A stretch of DNA of 64,000 nt from Balanoglossus misakiensis (GCA_040954595.2 CM082595.2:5854137-5918136), one strand, 5' to 3'; counted from the first letter of the stretch, positions 50,784 to 64,000 are shown. Numbers and translations: made by a program. Notes: generated by a model from the sequence alone, not told the origin.

Positions 50784-53700
50784 ATGTGATTTTGAATCAG
50801 ACCCACTCAGCTCAGTGTGGATTTCCTGCCGCCAAGAGTCATTCCAAGAAAATGCAGAAGACAGCAGTCATTTTCAGCGGGTCACTGTATATAAATCACC
50901 CTCAAATTGGTGGGAATAAATTTCAAACCTAATGGACACAATTTTCGTGCCCTATTGGAGACCTCTGGCTCATCAAAGAAAATGGGAGCTCGTCTCTCTC
51001 TGTGGTATTTCTACAGACGAGAACACAAAGTTGTTCTGACATAATGGTACTAAATAAGTCAGCTGACCTGGGCGTTGACGGTTGTTTTAAATTACGTAGA
51101 TGTGGTCTCCGACATCGTCCATTAACAGTAAAAATCTGCATAACCGAGTTTGTGTGGAAGTTCAGAGAAGTTTGAAGACTAAATTCACTTTTCTTGTGTA
51201 TTAGCTGTTCCATATGCAAGTCAAGGTTTTGTCAAATCGAAATAAAACAGGTGTTAATTTCCTTTATATAATACTAGTCCGTACTTATCTAGAGGAATAA
51301 GCGGGAAACAAGCTCTCTTGGAGCACACAAAGATTTAATCGGAGTTTCCCTTGATATCTATCACCACTTGGTACTTTAAAAGAAGATGTCAATTTTCATT
51401 CTTTACACGATTGAAGCCAGACGTGCTGTTTAAGCGGGGGAATTAAAAAGAGGTGCCGACAACTGCACACACAAAAAAAACTGAACGCCACCAAAATCCT
51501 CCCATTTGCGCATCCCAAACACTTTCCCGAGGTCAGACGAAATCTTGCGAGAAATCAGTGAGATCACTTAGAAACTGCGCCATTAGCCAACGTCTCCATG
51601 GCAACAAGTACGTCAAAAACGGTGTGCATCATATTAAAGTGCCTTCCTGATTGTAAATCTAAGCCGACTGATGAAGCCTCTCCCATTGGCGAGGGAAAGT
51701 CTCAGCGATCAGCTGGTTGCAAGCACGCACGCGATCGCCTGGAGGCAATTGTACAGGCTCTTTTCAAACACGTCAATTGTCCGCGAAAGGATATGTATCA
51801 AGCCATTGTCTAATCCGAGGAAGTTAGGTCGTTTTTCTCCGGGTGAAACGCGACAGGGCTTGTTCATTCTTCGCAGTCGGAAAGCGGATATTGGCAAGCG
51901 TCTGCATTCACAGCCCGTAACTCTCCGAAGTGGCTCTTTGAGAATCATCATTTTCGCAAACAAAAAGCAATAAGGCGCTGTCGAGTTCAGTATTTTTGAC
52001 ATCGAGGTAAAAAGTACCGGTATTGAAGTGGATTGGGCTGTTTAGTCTATTAACCGAAGGCCTGCGAGTAGACTGGATAGCACACGGATGAAACGGATGT
52101 GTATTTGAAATGCGCCTGACAAGTAATCTACCGGTGGAATTAGTGGACCGAATGCGTTTGTTTGAATTGAGGGTCTTAAGCCTGTACCGACTGCAAATAA
52201 AAAGACAATTTGTGTGTATCTAAGCATCTCACATACATGTTAGGATTACTAGCAATAGCCGCAGGATGTCACTCTATCTAGTTGTCAGTTTTTTATGACA
52301 CTCATTTGGGTTGTTTACGTCACTGTACTCCAATGGCTATCGAGCAGTTTACATCACTTGATTCGATCAGCATGACCTTTTTAAACTCGACCTTGGCGAT
52401 GGGAAAGGTTTCAATTTCCCATGCCATATGTCTGAGCAAGTGAAATTTACAAGAAACCTCTCAACGAAACACAATTATGGAGCATCTGCAGTGCATTTTG
52501 AAAGCAATGCACTAAGCACATGACATAATCTGATTCATTGAAAGCTGCGGTGTATGTGGAAACATTCTATTCTTTTCTTTGAAGGAAACTACAATGTATG
52601 AACCGAGTCAATGTACTTTAAACTCCAATCTGATTAAAATCAGATGTAGGGTCAGGCAACGTCTTTTACTTACGCTGTATGATTATTCTTATGCTTAAGA
52701 CACAGACTATGGCCGCGCCATCTTGTCTGTTGTAGGGCCAGCACACTGGCTTATGGCTTTGTCTATACAAAATTTGTAACCAGAGTCTCTGGTTTGGCAC
52801 ATGTGCATAAGACGATCGTTGCCCTTTAACATGCGAATGTTTGAATAGGCTCAGTCGTCAACCCCCAGATAGCATCTGCACTCCAATTTGTTTAACAAGG
52901 AAAATCCACAATCTTTAAATTCTGATCGACATTTATGATATTCTTGTAAACCACCGACGTAATCAACCTCTTTTCAAAGTAGTGAAATTTGTCCGAAATG
53001 GGCACTCCATGACTCCTTCAGAGAAAAAGTGGACGGAATTCACAATGACGCTTATTGCGTGTGGCAGTCGCCCGGATTAGTAGTCGGTAAACCGGGAGCA
53101 ATTGCTCTGACCCATAACTGCAATAATATTTCGGAATAATGACTAAACCGCCCTTTGATAATAAAATGGTCCGGATTATGCAAGCTGCTCCCGTGCATAC
53201 AATCTTGTAATACCACAGCATCCAGCGATGTAATTACAGTCTGTAAATCACTTTGCCAATCCCATTAGGCGCGAATGTGAAGAATAGTTGATGTGAAAAG
53301 TGTGACAATTCTTAGGCTGTATGTTCTTTGTATGTTACCTAACGAGCAACTTGTGTATTAGGATTAATCTCATTCATGACTTTGTAATGTTTATTTTATT
53401 TCGAGCAAAGGGTTTTCAGATTATTCCTTGATTGTTTTTGGATTTAGGTTGGGTACCTAGTGAGATTAAGGTAATCGGCAGGCAATACGGCAAGACTTAG
53501 TGCCCATTGAGCCATACCAGTATGTTGTTGATCATTTTCGATTGAACTGTGCGATGCCGGCAAGAGCAGACCCCAGGACCTCGATGAATCTGTCACCGTC
53601 GATTGACAGATACATCTCTTGGCGTAGCTTGCAAATGTCACGGTAGGAAATGTGTGCAGGAAAGTCGGGCGCTTTCTTTCCTTGGTTTCAAACGCCTGGG

Positions 53701-54655
53701 CATCGCTTATACATGTGACACACGTGCATGCATGCATGCCTCGTCGAATCATGTTCTCAGATCTGCTTTTCAAAATCCTATACACACCGACAAGGGAGAA
53801 CAAAAACGTATAAAGTCAGATCACGAGAGATGACGTTGCATTGCCTCGTGGAATAAACGAATTAGCGGCAAAAAGTACTTCAAAATACACAAATTCACAG
53901 TGGAATACTTTCCACTGTGGCAAAACAGGAAATATTAACTTACAAAACATTTATCCTGAATATTTACGAATAAATACTTCACAATAATCATATATCAAGA
54001 GCGTACAAATTTAAATGAAAGTGCAATTAATGCAGTAGTTTATGAATATTACAGCAAATGCTATATTTATTGTATTACTGGCTGTGATGCTTTTGCACCA
54101 AGTAATCATGCAAGTTGAAAAGATGCATATTGTATAAATATTGTTTGTATAGTCATATCACACAGAAAATGTTGTCCACACATGCGTAATACTGTTCTCG
54201 ACATCGTACAGATTACCAAAGTCAAGCTGATGATAGGAAATAATCCCCAGTGACAATTTGGAAAAATATGAGAAGGCGCGATCAGCATATTTTATGGCAG
54301 GAATTTCCAAAAGGGTCCTGTAAAAACCATGGCAGCGCTATCTACGTTGTTGATCCGATCGATAATCTATACCGCTGGGATCGGTAAATGTTTCATGTTT
54401 GGAATATCGTACAAGACGCCGCCATTTAGGCGGGGAAAGGCAAATATTAGCCTGTTCCAAGTTTACTCCGGCGGTGCCTACAGTCTGCCTCATGCCCAAC
54501 TACCAAGATCCCAAATCAGTTAGATGTCCTGGTGTGTGGCCGCCTGTTCTGGTGACAGTGCGCTACTTCTTTGGGTGCCGCGTCCATTAACAAGAGAGCA
54601 TGAGCAAACGGAACGCTTAATTTGCCTTGAGAAATTGATCACGGCTCCGGTGAAA

Positions 54656-55171
54656 TGGCACAGAAAGTCCAACGAGCCCCTGGAGACAGCTACCTGGTTC
54701 ATTGCGCATTCACAGAGGCGCTGATATTTCACTGGAACTGCATAATCGAAGCCCCGTTGGTTGAAATTTCGTTACCAGGTCACAGGTGATTGGCTAAGCA
54801 ATGGTGGCAATGGCGTTCTGGATTGGTGGACCTTGTACGTGACAGGTCATAAGGCACACTGGCCTCCATATATTGTTGAATGCCTCCTGTAGGCTCAAAG
54901 TCCCTAGTCTGTCGGTGTCTGTGATATCACTTTTTACGTGATTACGTCATCTTTGACCAGTCTCTGCATATCCATTGGGTCACGGCTGATTAGTTAAAAC
55001 CTATATGTGACAGGTTTATCTCCGGCCGATAATGAAAACAATGTGACAGTTGATTGCATGATGGGGCTCTAGCCGATTGGTCACCGCCATTACGTGACCA
55101 GTTCAATGTTTATCTGTAAATGACATATTGCAAGCAGCTGGTTCATGGACGTGACAAGACTTTCTGTGCCA
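54656..55171. mobile_element. Putative 516-bp non-autonomous element with 14-bp perfect TIR (TG...CA) and 8-bp TSD
   Basis: CGGTGAAA|TGGCACAGAAAGTC ... GACTTTCTGTGCCA|CGGTGACA, with the TSD 7/8 identical. Single copy in the window. Confidence 0.5.
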
Positions 55172-55200
55172 CGGTGACAACATGGGTCACCAATGACTAA

Positions 55201-55405
55201 GGGGAGAACCATTTGATTTCATGGAGAGGGGGTGGAATTTTGGAAAAAGAAATTATTGGCAGGTGGTGCAGAAGGGGGAAAAGCTTCTGTGTGGCCTTAC
55301 GAGAAAACGTGGACTGGCAGTCGAAAAAAATGGTGTAACAATGGCTGATAAAAATGGCTGACAAAACCAAATCCTTCACCCCTCCAAGAAATATGAGGTA
55401 CTATC
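55201..55405. mobile_element. PIF/Harbinger-like (Tourist-type) MITE, right TIR decayed
   Basis: TAA|GGGGAGAACCATTTGATTTC...GAGGGGG at the left end and a degenerate cccctccaagaaatatgagg at the right. Same terminus family as 19968-20003. Confidence 0.6.
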
Positions 55406-57904
55406 AGCACATGACACATATGTCCATTAAATGTGCAGGTGATTATCAACCTAACTAGAAAGTAACTTATTCATCATATTAAGTCAAAACAAATTAGGTA
55501 ATTAATCACAGCAAGTGTTCTGCGTACTTTCCCTGAAAATAATGTCCTATATTTCAAAGTACCTCTAAAATACATTTATTGAACAAATATTCAAAGAAAT
55601 ACAGGTCGAATACATTACAAGCATTTCTGACTAAAGTTAGGAATACATGAATGGACAGGTTTTGTCATTTTAAACATTTTCACTGAGATGGGGCGTCGCT
55701 GAGACAATTCCACAACGATGGGATAAAGTTTCCTTGTTTGAGGGGTACTGTAATAAGAAATACCGGAGCTGAGGCTTGTAAGTGCGTCTTATGGGTGCTT
55801 GTTCCTTCCCATTAAGTCTGTGTACAATAACGGTAATGGATAAGGGATATGGCTTTGCGAAAAACACAGATAAGAAACGCATTTGCGGCTCTCTGCCTGC
55901 TTGATGTGTTTTGCTGACACTTCTCCCCGATGCATCATCCTGCCCAGCGAGATTTCATCGGTTGGCAGACCGCTTCAATTGGGTCCGTATCTAGAGAATT
56001 TTCACTATCTTTCGTACTGTGTGATGACAAAGGAGGATTTTTCCTCAGAAAGCGAACACGACGCATATATTTGCTTTGGTTCCATTTTAATCAATTTAGT
56101 GAATTTATTATATATCATCAAATGCTGGAAGACGTCTGCAGAAAATTGCGTACTGTATCTGTGGGCGGGTGATTGCGTTCAGTTTATAAATCTCCCCGCC
56201 GTGAGTAAATGGGTCAATGAGACCGCGTGCTGAGAAAGGTGATGTAATCATTAAGAACCCAGTGGATATGTTTTACAGCATAAATTTATCTTTAAAAAAC
56301 ATCATCTAATTTCACACGTGCCTATTTGTTGCTTCTTGGACACAATTGACATATCAGCCCTCTGCCTAATCGCCCCACTGACATGCGCACTGTGTACTGA
56401 ATCTCCAAATTAATCACAATTTTAAAATCAATATGCTCATGTTACATTCTAGCTTTTATTAAAACTAAAACTATACTACTTTGATATTCCCTACAGAAAG
56501 TTATATTTTGCCGAATTTTTTAACGTTACTGCTGTTATCAAGCACGCAGCCATTATTGTCCAAATTTCCTAGTCTGTATAAACTAAAGCCATTTAGACAA
56601 CATGGTGACTAGCAGATTTATGCGTTGTGGTTTCATTGCCAAGATTTCATACTTTGAGTCTAGTAAGTTATCATATGTGCACAGTGGTGACATTGAAGTT
56701 GTCCCCAGTGAAGACATTGGTGCATGTGTTACCACACTTAAAAATTTATGGGGGTTGCAAAATTGTTTTCTCGAACAGGTCAATTATGATTCAGACAGGA
56801 CGGCATCGCGGCTGTTTGCAACTCACCTACAGTTCATGGCTGACTGTAGCTTCCGAAGGGAGCACGATAGTCAACCTTAGTCTGAATAGATAATGCTTAA
56901 CAAAGAAATGTTGAATGCTGTAAAATATTACCATATGGGAAATTGATAATTTCATCAGGCAAATCCAACTGTCTTGAAAGATTTACTGGCAACGTCAGCT
57001 GCAATGTCACCAAAGGTCAGCCCGGTCGACGTACAATTACCTCTTTCATGTTCGCCTTTCAATGTAGACGTTGAATATTTAACGACCCTCTGTTGTAGAA
57101 GACGTCGATTGCTATAATTTCACTTGTCACAGTGTTTCACCTTTCTTTCTGTGTGCCATTTTGATTGATGCCCATATTCTGAAACTGTCCCACTATGTAT
57201 AATCATTAATCAATATGAACGCCAAACCTGTCTGCACAGTTGTCGCTAAGATCTGTAAAAGGGAACTGTGGGAAGACTATTTGGCCAAACATCAAACTTA
57301 TACTTCCATACAGTAAATAGACTTTAATTCTGGTTAGAAGTCGGAATTCGAACCCTCTCTATCGAATCACCATGATATAGCGATAACTTTGGGGCATAAA
57401 ATTGTCCGGCCAAAACTAGTTCAATAACCAATATTTTTGGGCATGCTTTCTTCATACATTTGCATACAAACTGACCCATTTACTTCGACTGACAGATGCC
57501 GTCAGGGACACAATTATCCGCCATGCAGCACTATCAACTCAGGACAGAAAATTATCTTGTAATTGTACGAGATTTCGAACCGGTAACCCGTCTACCATAA
57601 AACGTAGCGAGGCTAAAAGTTCACGAGTTTGCAGCGGAGAAACATGGTTCAACTAAGTAGGTCGAGCCAGCATGCCATTGATTACTAACACATCAGACAA
57701 TGCTTAATGAGTCGTTAATGTGTTTTCTTTATCTGCGTTATTAAGAGGCATGGCCCAAGCACTCATTGGTGAATTGCAAGTGCTCCGTAGGCTATGGATA
57801 ACCTAGATATCGTACCAACACTGTATCGTTCAGCTAGCCTCCTATAAAGTATGACATTTGTACAATTCAGATATTATAATCAGGTGGTGGCATTTCCATT
57901 CATC

Positions 57905-58072
57905 CCCTGTTTTTGTTAAGGGGGGGACCTAGGTAAAATCTACCGGAGTTCCCCAGTCATTTTACCGTGGTTCCCCTGGGTGTATCAATGTAGTTATATT
58001 AGGGGGTTGTAGAAATGTTACAGGGGTTCCCAAATCCATTACCAATGTTCCCCAACCTTAGCAAAAACACTG
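57905..58072. mobile_element. Decayed hAT-like MITE
   Basis: Right end CCTTAGCAAAAACACTG (reverse complement CAGTGTTTTTGCTAAGG) versus left CCCTGTTTTTGTTAAGG, with internal repeated gttcccc motifs. No clear TSD. Confidence 0.55.
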
Positions 58073-61000
58073 CATTTTCTCTCTACATTATAATAGTCAC
58101 TCAGACGTTTGAGGGAATTTCGCCTAATACTTAAATTTGTCGTCCTGAGCTGTTCGCTATTCTGAACGCGACGCCGGTTCGTTCATTTGAAGGTAGAGGA
58201 TAGATATAAACACTGTCGCCATAGTCTCATTCATGATTGTTCCCAGGGTCTGCTCTATGTTCTGGACACATTTTATCACACTAATGTTTGAAGTCGATGC
58301 GTGCCCTTTGATTTTTTTCTTTATCACTGTCGATCTTGAAATAAATGTCACGTTCTGTTGCACCGGACCGAGAAATATCCAGGTGCCCTGGATTCATATT
58401 AAATAGCGCCCTCTTTCAGGACAAAGTGGAAAAGTTGACGCCAAACGCCCAGTATACAACTTGAAGTTATAGCAGTGTCGTCAACTGTTCTGGAAGAGAG
58501 TGCCCCTGGAATATGCTAATTCTAAGTGTTGCTTTTATGATAAATATCCCTGATCACAAAATCGTCCTGTGGTGAAATTTACGTTCAAGTTAAGTCTTCT
58601 TCTTTGAGGAAAACATCATCCTAATCCACACTATTGTGTTATTTGTAAAGAAAAGAAATCTTACATCTTCGAAATCAAATAATACCACAGTTCAGTTTTC
58701 TGATTTTAAGGTTTAGTATCTTGATCATCAAGTTATGAAGTTTTAGTTTCAGACAAAGAAATAATTGTCACGTGTAAGTTATACAGTTTTGAACGCATTA
58801 TGACAATTTCTGGCGGACAGAACAAGGATTACCCAATCTTGCAATCCAACTGAGATGGAGGGTTAGAGATTATGTCAGTCTGGGTGCCACATATACATTA
58901 TTGAAAAATGCCCCTCCCCGTGTTATGATCGATGGAAGGTCCCTTAACGAACTAAGAATCCCTGCCACTGTGCACGCACACACACTGCTGATAGCCGTCT
59001 GCGGGCTGGCCACAAATCACCCCACAGATGGAATTCTGCGATTAAGCCGTGAGTTATCAAGCATCTCCATCGAACACCATAATAGTTACCCTCTTTCCTG
59101 AATGTCACATCGGAAAATTGTGACTGAAGAGCGGTTCCGTTTTGTCATTTGAAAAGTTGCAAGAGGAGACTGATAAGATGAGCAGGCAAGTCCACTGCTG
59201 ATCAAGGCCGAACGCTATTGAATGTCTGCTGAATACATTTTCATTGAGGCATTCTTTCCTTCACGATTAGGTGAACGCTGTTGCACATAATCAATGTGTA
59301 AAATGGTCCAGATGTACACGCGGATAATAATTTGAAGGCCGATTTTTATCAATTCCAAAATAAATCTGAAGGGATAACAATTTTATATTCCGCTCTTTCG
59401 TTGTTGATATCATCTTAGATACCCACATTTATTGATTATACAGAAACCTTTACAGTAATAGTCATAATGAAAAGTGCCAAAAAATTGTTTCAATCGGTAT
59501 GTCGTCATATTACACCGTAAACATTAATTGTTTAGCGATTTGGTTGTGAAAAAAAAACACTGTAAAGTTGATAACGCAACACCTGGGGGAGATGAATTGA
59601 CTAAAATGTAAAATAATAAACTACAAATACAAATGATAAAGTACATCTGTATTACAATGTATCAAATTAAACGGCACCAGCTGGTTCCAGTATGTAGTTG
59701 TAACATTTTGACCATTTGTTTATCCCATAGTATGGCGTTATCACTTCGCTGTTGATGTTTCCAAACGCGAATCACAACACAATTTGTTTTGGGTATAACA
59801 TACACAATTTAACATCAAGGTCAAATAACAGCCATAGGAGCATCATTTGTATCATTAAAATGTTCTATCTTGTCGAATCTTCCTGGTAGATTACCCATGA
59901 ATGAAACGAGCTGCAATATGGGAGAATTTCAAACATTATGAATTAAGATGAGAGTAGTTGTAGTCTAGTCTCGTCGTGTGCTGCTAAATCTTGTCAAGGG
60001 AAGTCGGCAACCGGAAAGCCGTCCACTTTCTTTTACGCTAGGGTCGACTGCATTTGAATAGTGTTGTCAAAAACTGTAAATATCTGTGGGTTATCAGATC
60101 AGGTCATACTCACCTATTTTATTTGTTCGTCATGGGTGTAGTTTAAAGGGGAAAGTTGTCTGAACTGCACATGTGCGAGTTTTCAGTTTGCAAACAGGCC
60201 ATCGACATCATACCTTGTTCAGTGAAACCCTGCCAACCAATGCATGTTGTATCAAAGTAACTTAGAAATGTGATAAAGAGTAACAATGTATTATTTATGA
60301 TTAAGTACAGTGTAATACAAAATAACAACTAACCATGTTAATGATGCAAATTGTAGCAGTTATACTTTGCATCTAGTTAGACTTAACTAGAAACTGTGTC
60401 CTAGTCGTACCTGCAGTCGCAGGAATTTATGCTGATTGGAAGAAGATATATGTAGAAGAATGATCTTTCGTTTGCTATATCATAAACTGACAAATGTGGG
60501 GGAGGAGTGTTAACGCTTTCAAACTAGGGGTGGCTTTGAACTCTTGCAAATTATAAGTATCTTTCATACAGATGTCTCCTCTCCAGAAGGAAACCATACA
60601 GCAGCGCCCTCATACGAATACTTTTTGAAGTGGAACTGTGACCGAGATCGAAAAATCATGTGAATCAATATCACAGGGCAAATCAACGCTAAAAATATAT
60701 GTGTATACATTATTTTGTAATCACGTGTTGGAGGTCTTCTTGCCCCCGTTTTTACGATTCAGTCACCATTTTGGAAAGTCAACTCGTATTTACGCAGACA
60801 ATATAAGTGTCTTGCAGCAGGACATTGCGGAAGAACATTTGATTGACCCTGATACTGCGCTCGGAAGGAAATATTGAAGAGCGCCACCAATTTAAAAGTG
60901 CATCCCTTGATTTATCAAACACCCTTTTCTTCCGTATTGTGTATTGCTTATCTTGTCCGTCAAAACGAACTTTAAAAGAGGATCTTTGTTCATCCCTTCG

Positions 61001-63075
61001 GGCATAGTATCACTTCACAAGCCTTTTATGGAAGCAGCGTTTCAATAGTGACATCCCTGTGTCCAAATCTTGATTACTGCCTATCAGTATTTGTTTATTA
61101 CAAATGTATGGCATCGAGTTCTGTCACCTAAAAATTACACCGTACAGGATGTATAGGTAGAAACTGACAAACTCCCAGTCAGGCAGATGGATGCAGCACG
61201 ATTGCCACAACAGCAAAATCCACCTAACTGTGTAAGGGAGACATATGGCCTACAAGCCCAGCAATACTCATGTGTGCACATGCTTTTGTTTACACCATTG
61301 TTCATATACATTCCACCAGGATTATACCTCTTATTAGATGGCACCGCTCTTTGCTTCTCGAATGTCGGATTTGTTCGCCGACTGCCTTGCTTCGGTCTCA
61401 TGAAAGAAAAATGCCCCATCGGACATCTCTATTAGCCTGTGTTACATGCATTTGGAGAGGAAGGGATTAACACGTAACAGACATACCCTGAACTATTTTC
61501 TTCTTGAACGTAAACTTAGACGCGAGACACACTTCTCTTCTCCCGTTGATTACATCTTCAGGCATATTTGCAATTGTTCATATTCTTGTATACATCGAGT
61601 AATAAGGTTCAGGAACAGCTATTTTCAATCAACAAACTTTTGCATTTGCGGTGAATGAACTTGCATGTGTACTTTGGATGAAAGTTTTATTGACGACACG
61701 AATGGCTAGGTTGAATTAATTAATGGACATGTATATCTATTCTATTTGTAGTAACGACCAATTTTAGGTGCTCTCAGTCAGACGACAATTAAAGATTAAC
61801 TCTCACATCAAAGTTCATCGGGCACTGACAGACCTGTGTTGCCTGCTGATTAAGACAACTGGACGCACGGATTTCGATGACAGAAGAATACGTCTATCTG
61901 TTGTGCATTGAAAGGCATTTATCACTGACAGTAAACTATCAAATGTTGCAGTTTTGTTGCGCCAAAGTGTTAGGAGTTTACATCGATTTGCCGCAATGAC
62001 AAGGTTTCTATGTCAAATCGAATAATTTATGGAAGAGAACCCAAATTGAAATTGTAATAAAATCATAAAATGATTATTCAATATTGGAAATTGGCAGACT
62101 GTGAGTAGTTAAGTGGCTCTCTACATTCAGGGTCGTTTAACGAAATAAGGACTGTCAGACGCCGAGGTCATAATACTAAATCGCGAAGAAGACTAAGAAC
62201 TTAGATTTTTTTTAAATCTCAAACCCGGACCACACTACTGCAAATGTTGTACCACCCACTGGAAGTGCATCTGTTGACGTTATGGACAATTTGTCAAATA
62301 AGATTAATTGATCGACAGGAGAAGGGAATAAATTTTATTTTGCTGATCGACTAATATCGAGTTAGCGATTATTTATTTATTTCATCATTTATTTATCTAC
62401 TCTTGTCACCAATGTTACAAAGGTATGTCTATTATTGTGTGACCTTTCATTCCCTGCTAATAACTGACGAATTAAACCGAAATGAAAACTGTAATTAAGA
62501 ACGTGACCGCAAAATAACTTGTCTGATATATCCCGGCGTTATTAGCTTGTATTCAGGTTTCGAATTTGCATACATGTAATTTGCATACTTGCCGGGTCAC
62601 GGTTGTGCTATGTACTTTTTAAAAAACGCCGTGTAATCCAGACGAAATCATCTAGCATATAAACTTTTAGCCAGGTAATTGTTGAATATTCAAGCGTAAA
62701 CGTATAGACGTAATGTTTTACTATTTTAACTTGGGGAAAATAAAAACATACAGATGGTCATAATTCAGAAGAAAAGGGCATTGAACAAAGCCCATATCAT
62801 ATGATTTCGTGCAAATAATTTTAATCATGAGTGAAACTCATTTTTTCTTGCTTTTTTTCTTGGTTTGTAAAGAGACAAATCTTTCAACTTATAGCCAACC
62901 ACGGCGAAAAAAAACGTATGGATGGACATTGCGTAGTAAGCAAATACATTGGTGCGTGTATCACGTCATTCCTAGGCGGAAACTGCTGGCCACCCGGCCA
63001 AAAACAAACAAACACTGGGTGGTGTCATATCATCAGATTGACGGCCAAGTCCTTGTTTTGAGTAATAAGAATATA

Positions 63076-63281
63076 CTGTAAAACACTTTATTTTCGCGAG
63101 CAATAAATTTTCGCCAAATACGCGAGAGCCAAAATAGCGTGAAAATAAAAAGTCGCATACATTTTTTTGAAGATAACGATGCAGTGAATGAAATAAGAGA
63201 ACGCGAAAATTAATACTCGCGAAACACTGGCCTCTCTCGATATCGCAAAATTCCAACTCGCGAAAATAAAGTGTTTTACAG
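63076..63281. mobile_element. 206-bp Tc1/mariner-type MITE with perfect 25-bp TIRs and TA TSD
   Basis: TA|CTGTAAAACACTTTATTTTCGCGAG ... CTCGCGAAAATAAAGTGTTTTACAG|TA, with internal CGCGAA(A)-type subterminal repeats. Confidence 0.92.
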
Positions 63282-64000
63282 TATATTCTCTGCACTGAAC
63301 TTTGCGTCCCCAACTTTGAGATCGAATTCAACTCACTGGGTTTCTCGGTGATCAGAGAAAAATATTTACGACCCTGCTGTGCAGAATTGATCACGTGCAT
63401 GGTTATGGTTCTGATTACAAATTATTGGTGAGATAATGAAAACTGGCATGATTGTCTTTCTACAAATTCGAGGTGATGACTTCTTTTCAATTTTATACAC
63501 ATCAGTTTATCCTGTGGACATTCATTTCCGACCTGCCGTAGTCTTTCCTTGTCAGCAAGAGTAACGGAATTATCATACGCTTAATTCCAGAATCGATAAT
63601 TAGACCAAAATGATGAATTCTGATGAAATATATACTTCATAATTATGGACGAGAAATCGTCTCTCTAGTGTGATTACATTGATTCAAACTCAAAGTGAAT
63701 TGTAATAGCCAATTTGACGTCAGCAGTGATGAGACCAATAGTAATTCCCGTTGTCAAGCAGCAATTGCCAAATGATAAATCAAAAATCGACTACAACACG
63801 AGTAAATGAAACTTTTGATTGATTGGCCCGATCTTGTTGATCCCTGGTTGCGATCTTGCTATCTGAGGTTACATATCTCTGTCTGCGGAGTTGCTGTTTA
63901 GGAAGTCCAATTTCAGGACGCCCTTTTGGGGATCTCGTGGAGGTCAAGAAAAGGAATTCTGCAGAGAGCAGTCAAAACATCTGCTTCACTTTAGATATCA

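Noticed and set aside
51661-51712. Hammerhead-ribozyme-like CTGATGA...GAAA...GTC arrangement
   Set aside because: Stem II lacks the closing pair before GAAA, stem III is essentially absent and stem I pairs only 4/5. At best a decayed or chance match. An Infernal search with hammerhead models would settle it.
57340-57415. Minus-strand B-box-like GGGTTCGAAT (tRNA/SINE)
   Set aside because: No convincing A-box, cloverleaf or tail.
1-64000. CRISPR array, rRNA/tRNA genes or prokaryotic operons
   Set aside because: No regularly spaced repeat-spacer array, no structural RNA signature and no gene-dense coding. The sequence is eukaryotic non-coding in character.

Overview
This 64-kb window looks like non-coding DNA from an animal genome. 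It is AT-rich, and the repeat style suggests a marine invertebrate deuterostome (inference). No long ORF or recognisable intact protein-coding gene is present, and the supplied ORFs are short and mostly spurious. What can be supported is mainly a set of small non-autonomous DNA transposons (MITEs): a TTAA-flanked Kolobok-like family in 4 copies plus other TTAA families, TA-flanked Tc1/mariner-like elements, a 5-bp-TSD hAT5-like element and PIF/Harbinger-like ends. There is also a 5'-truncated CR1/L2-type LINE 3' end, microsatellites, local tandem duplications, a few isolated candidate exons and some transcription-factor motif clusters. The most unusual item is a 516-bp segment (54656-55171) with perfect 14-bp TG...CA inverted termini and a near-perfect 8-bp flanking direct repeat, densely packed with GTGAC and CCAAT motifs. 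I found no rRNA, tRNA, CRISPR array or prokaryotic system, and cannot support a claim of a novel multi-gene system here.
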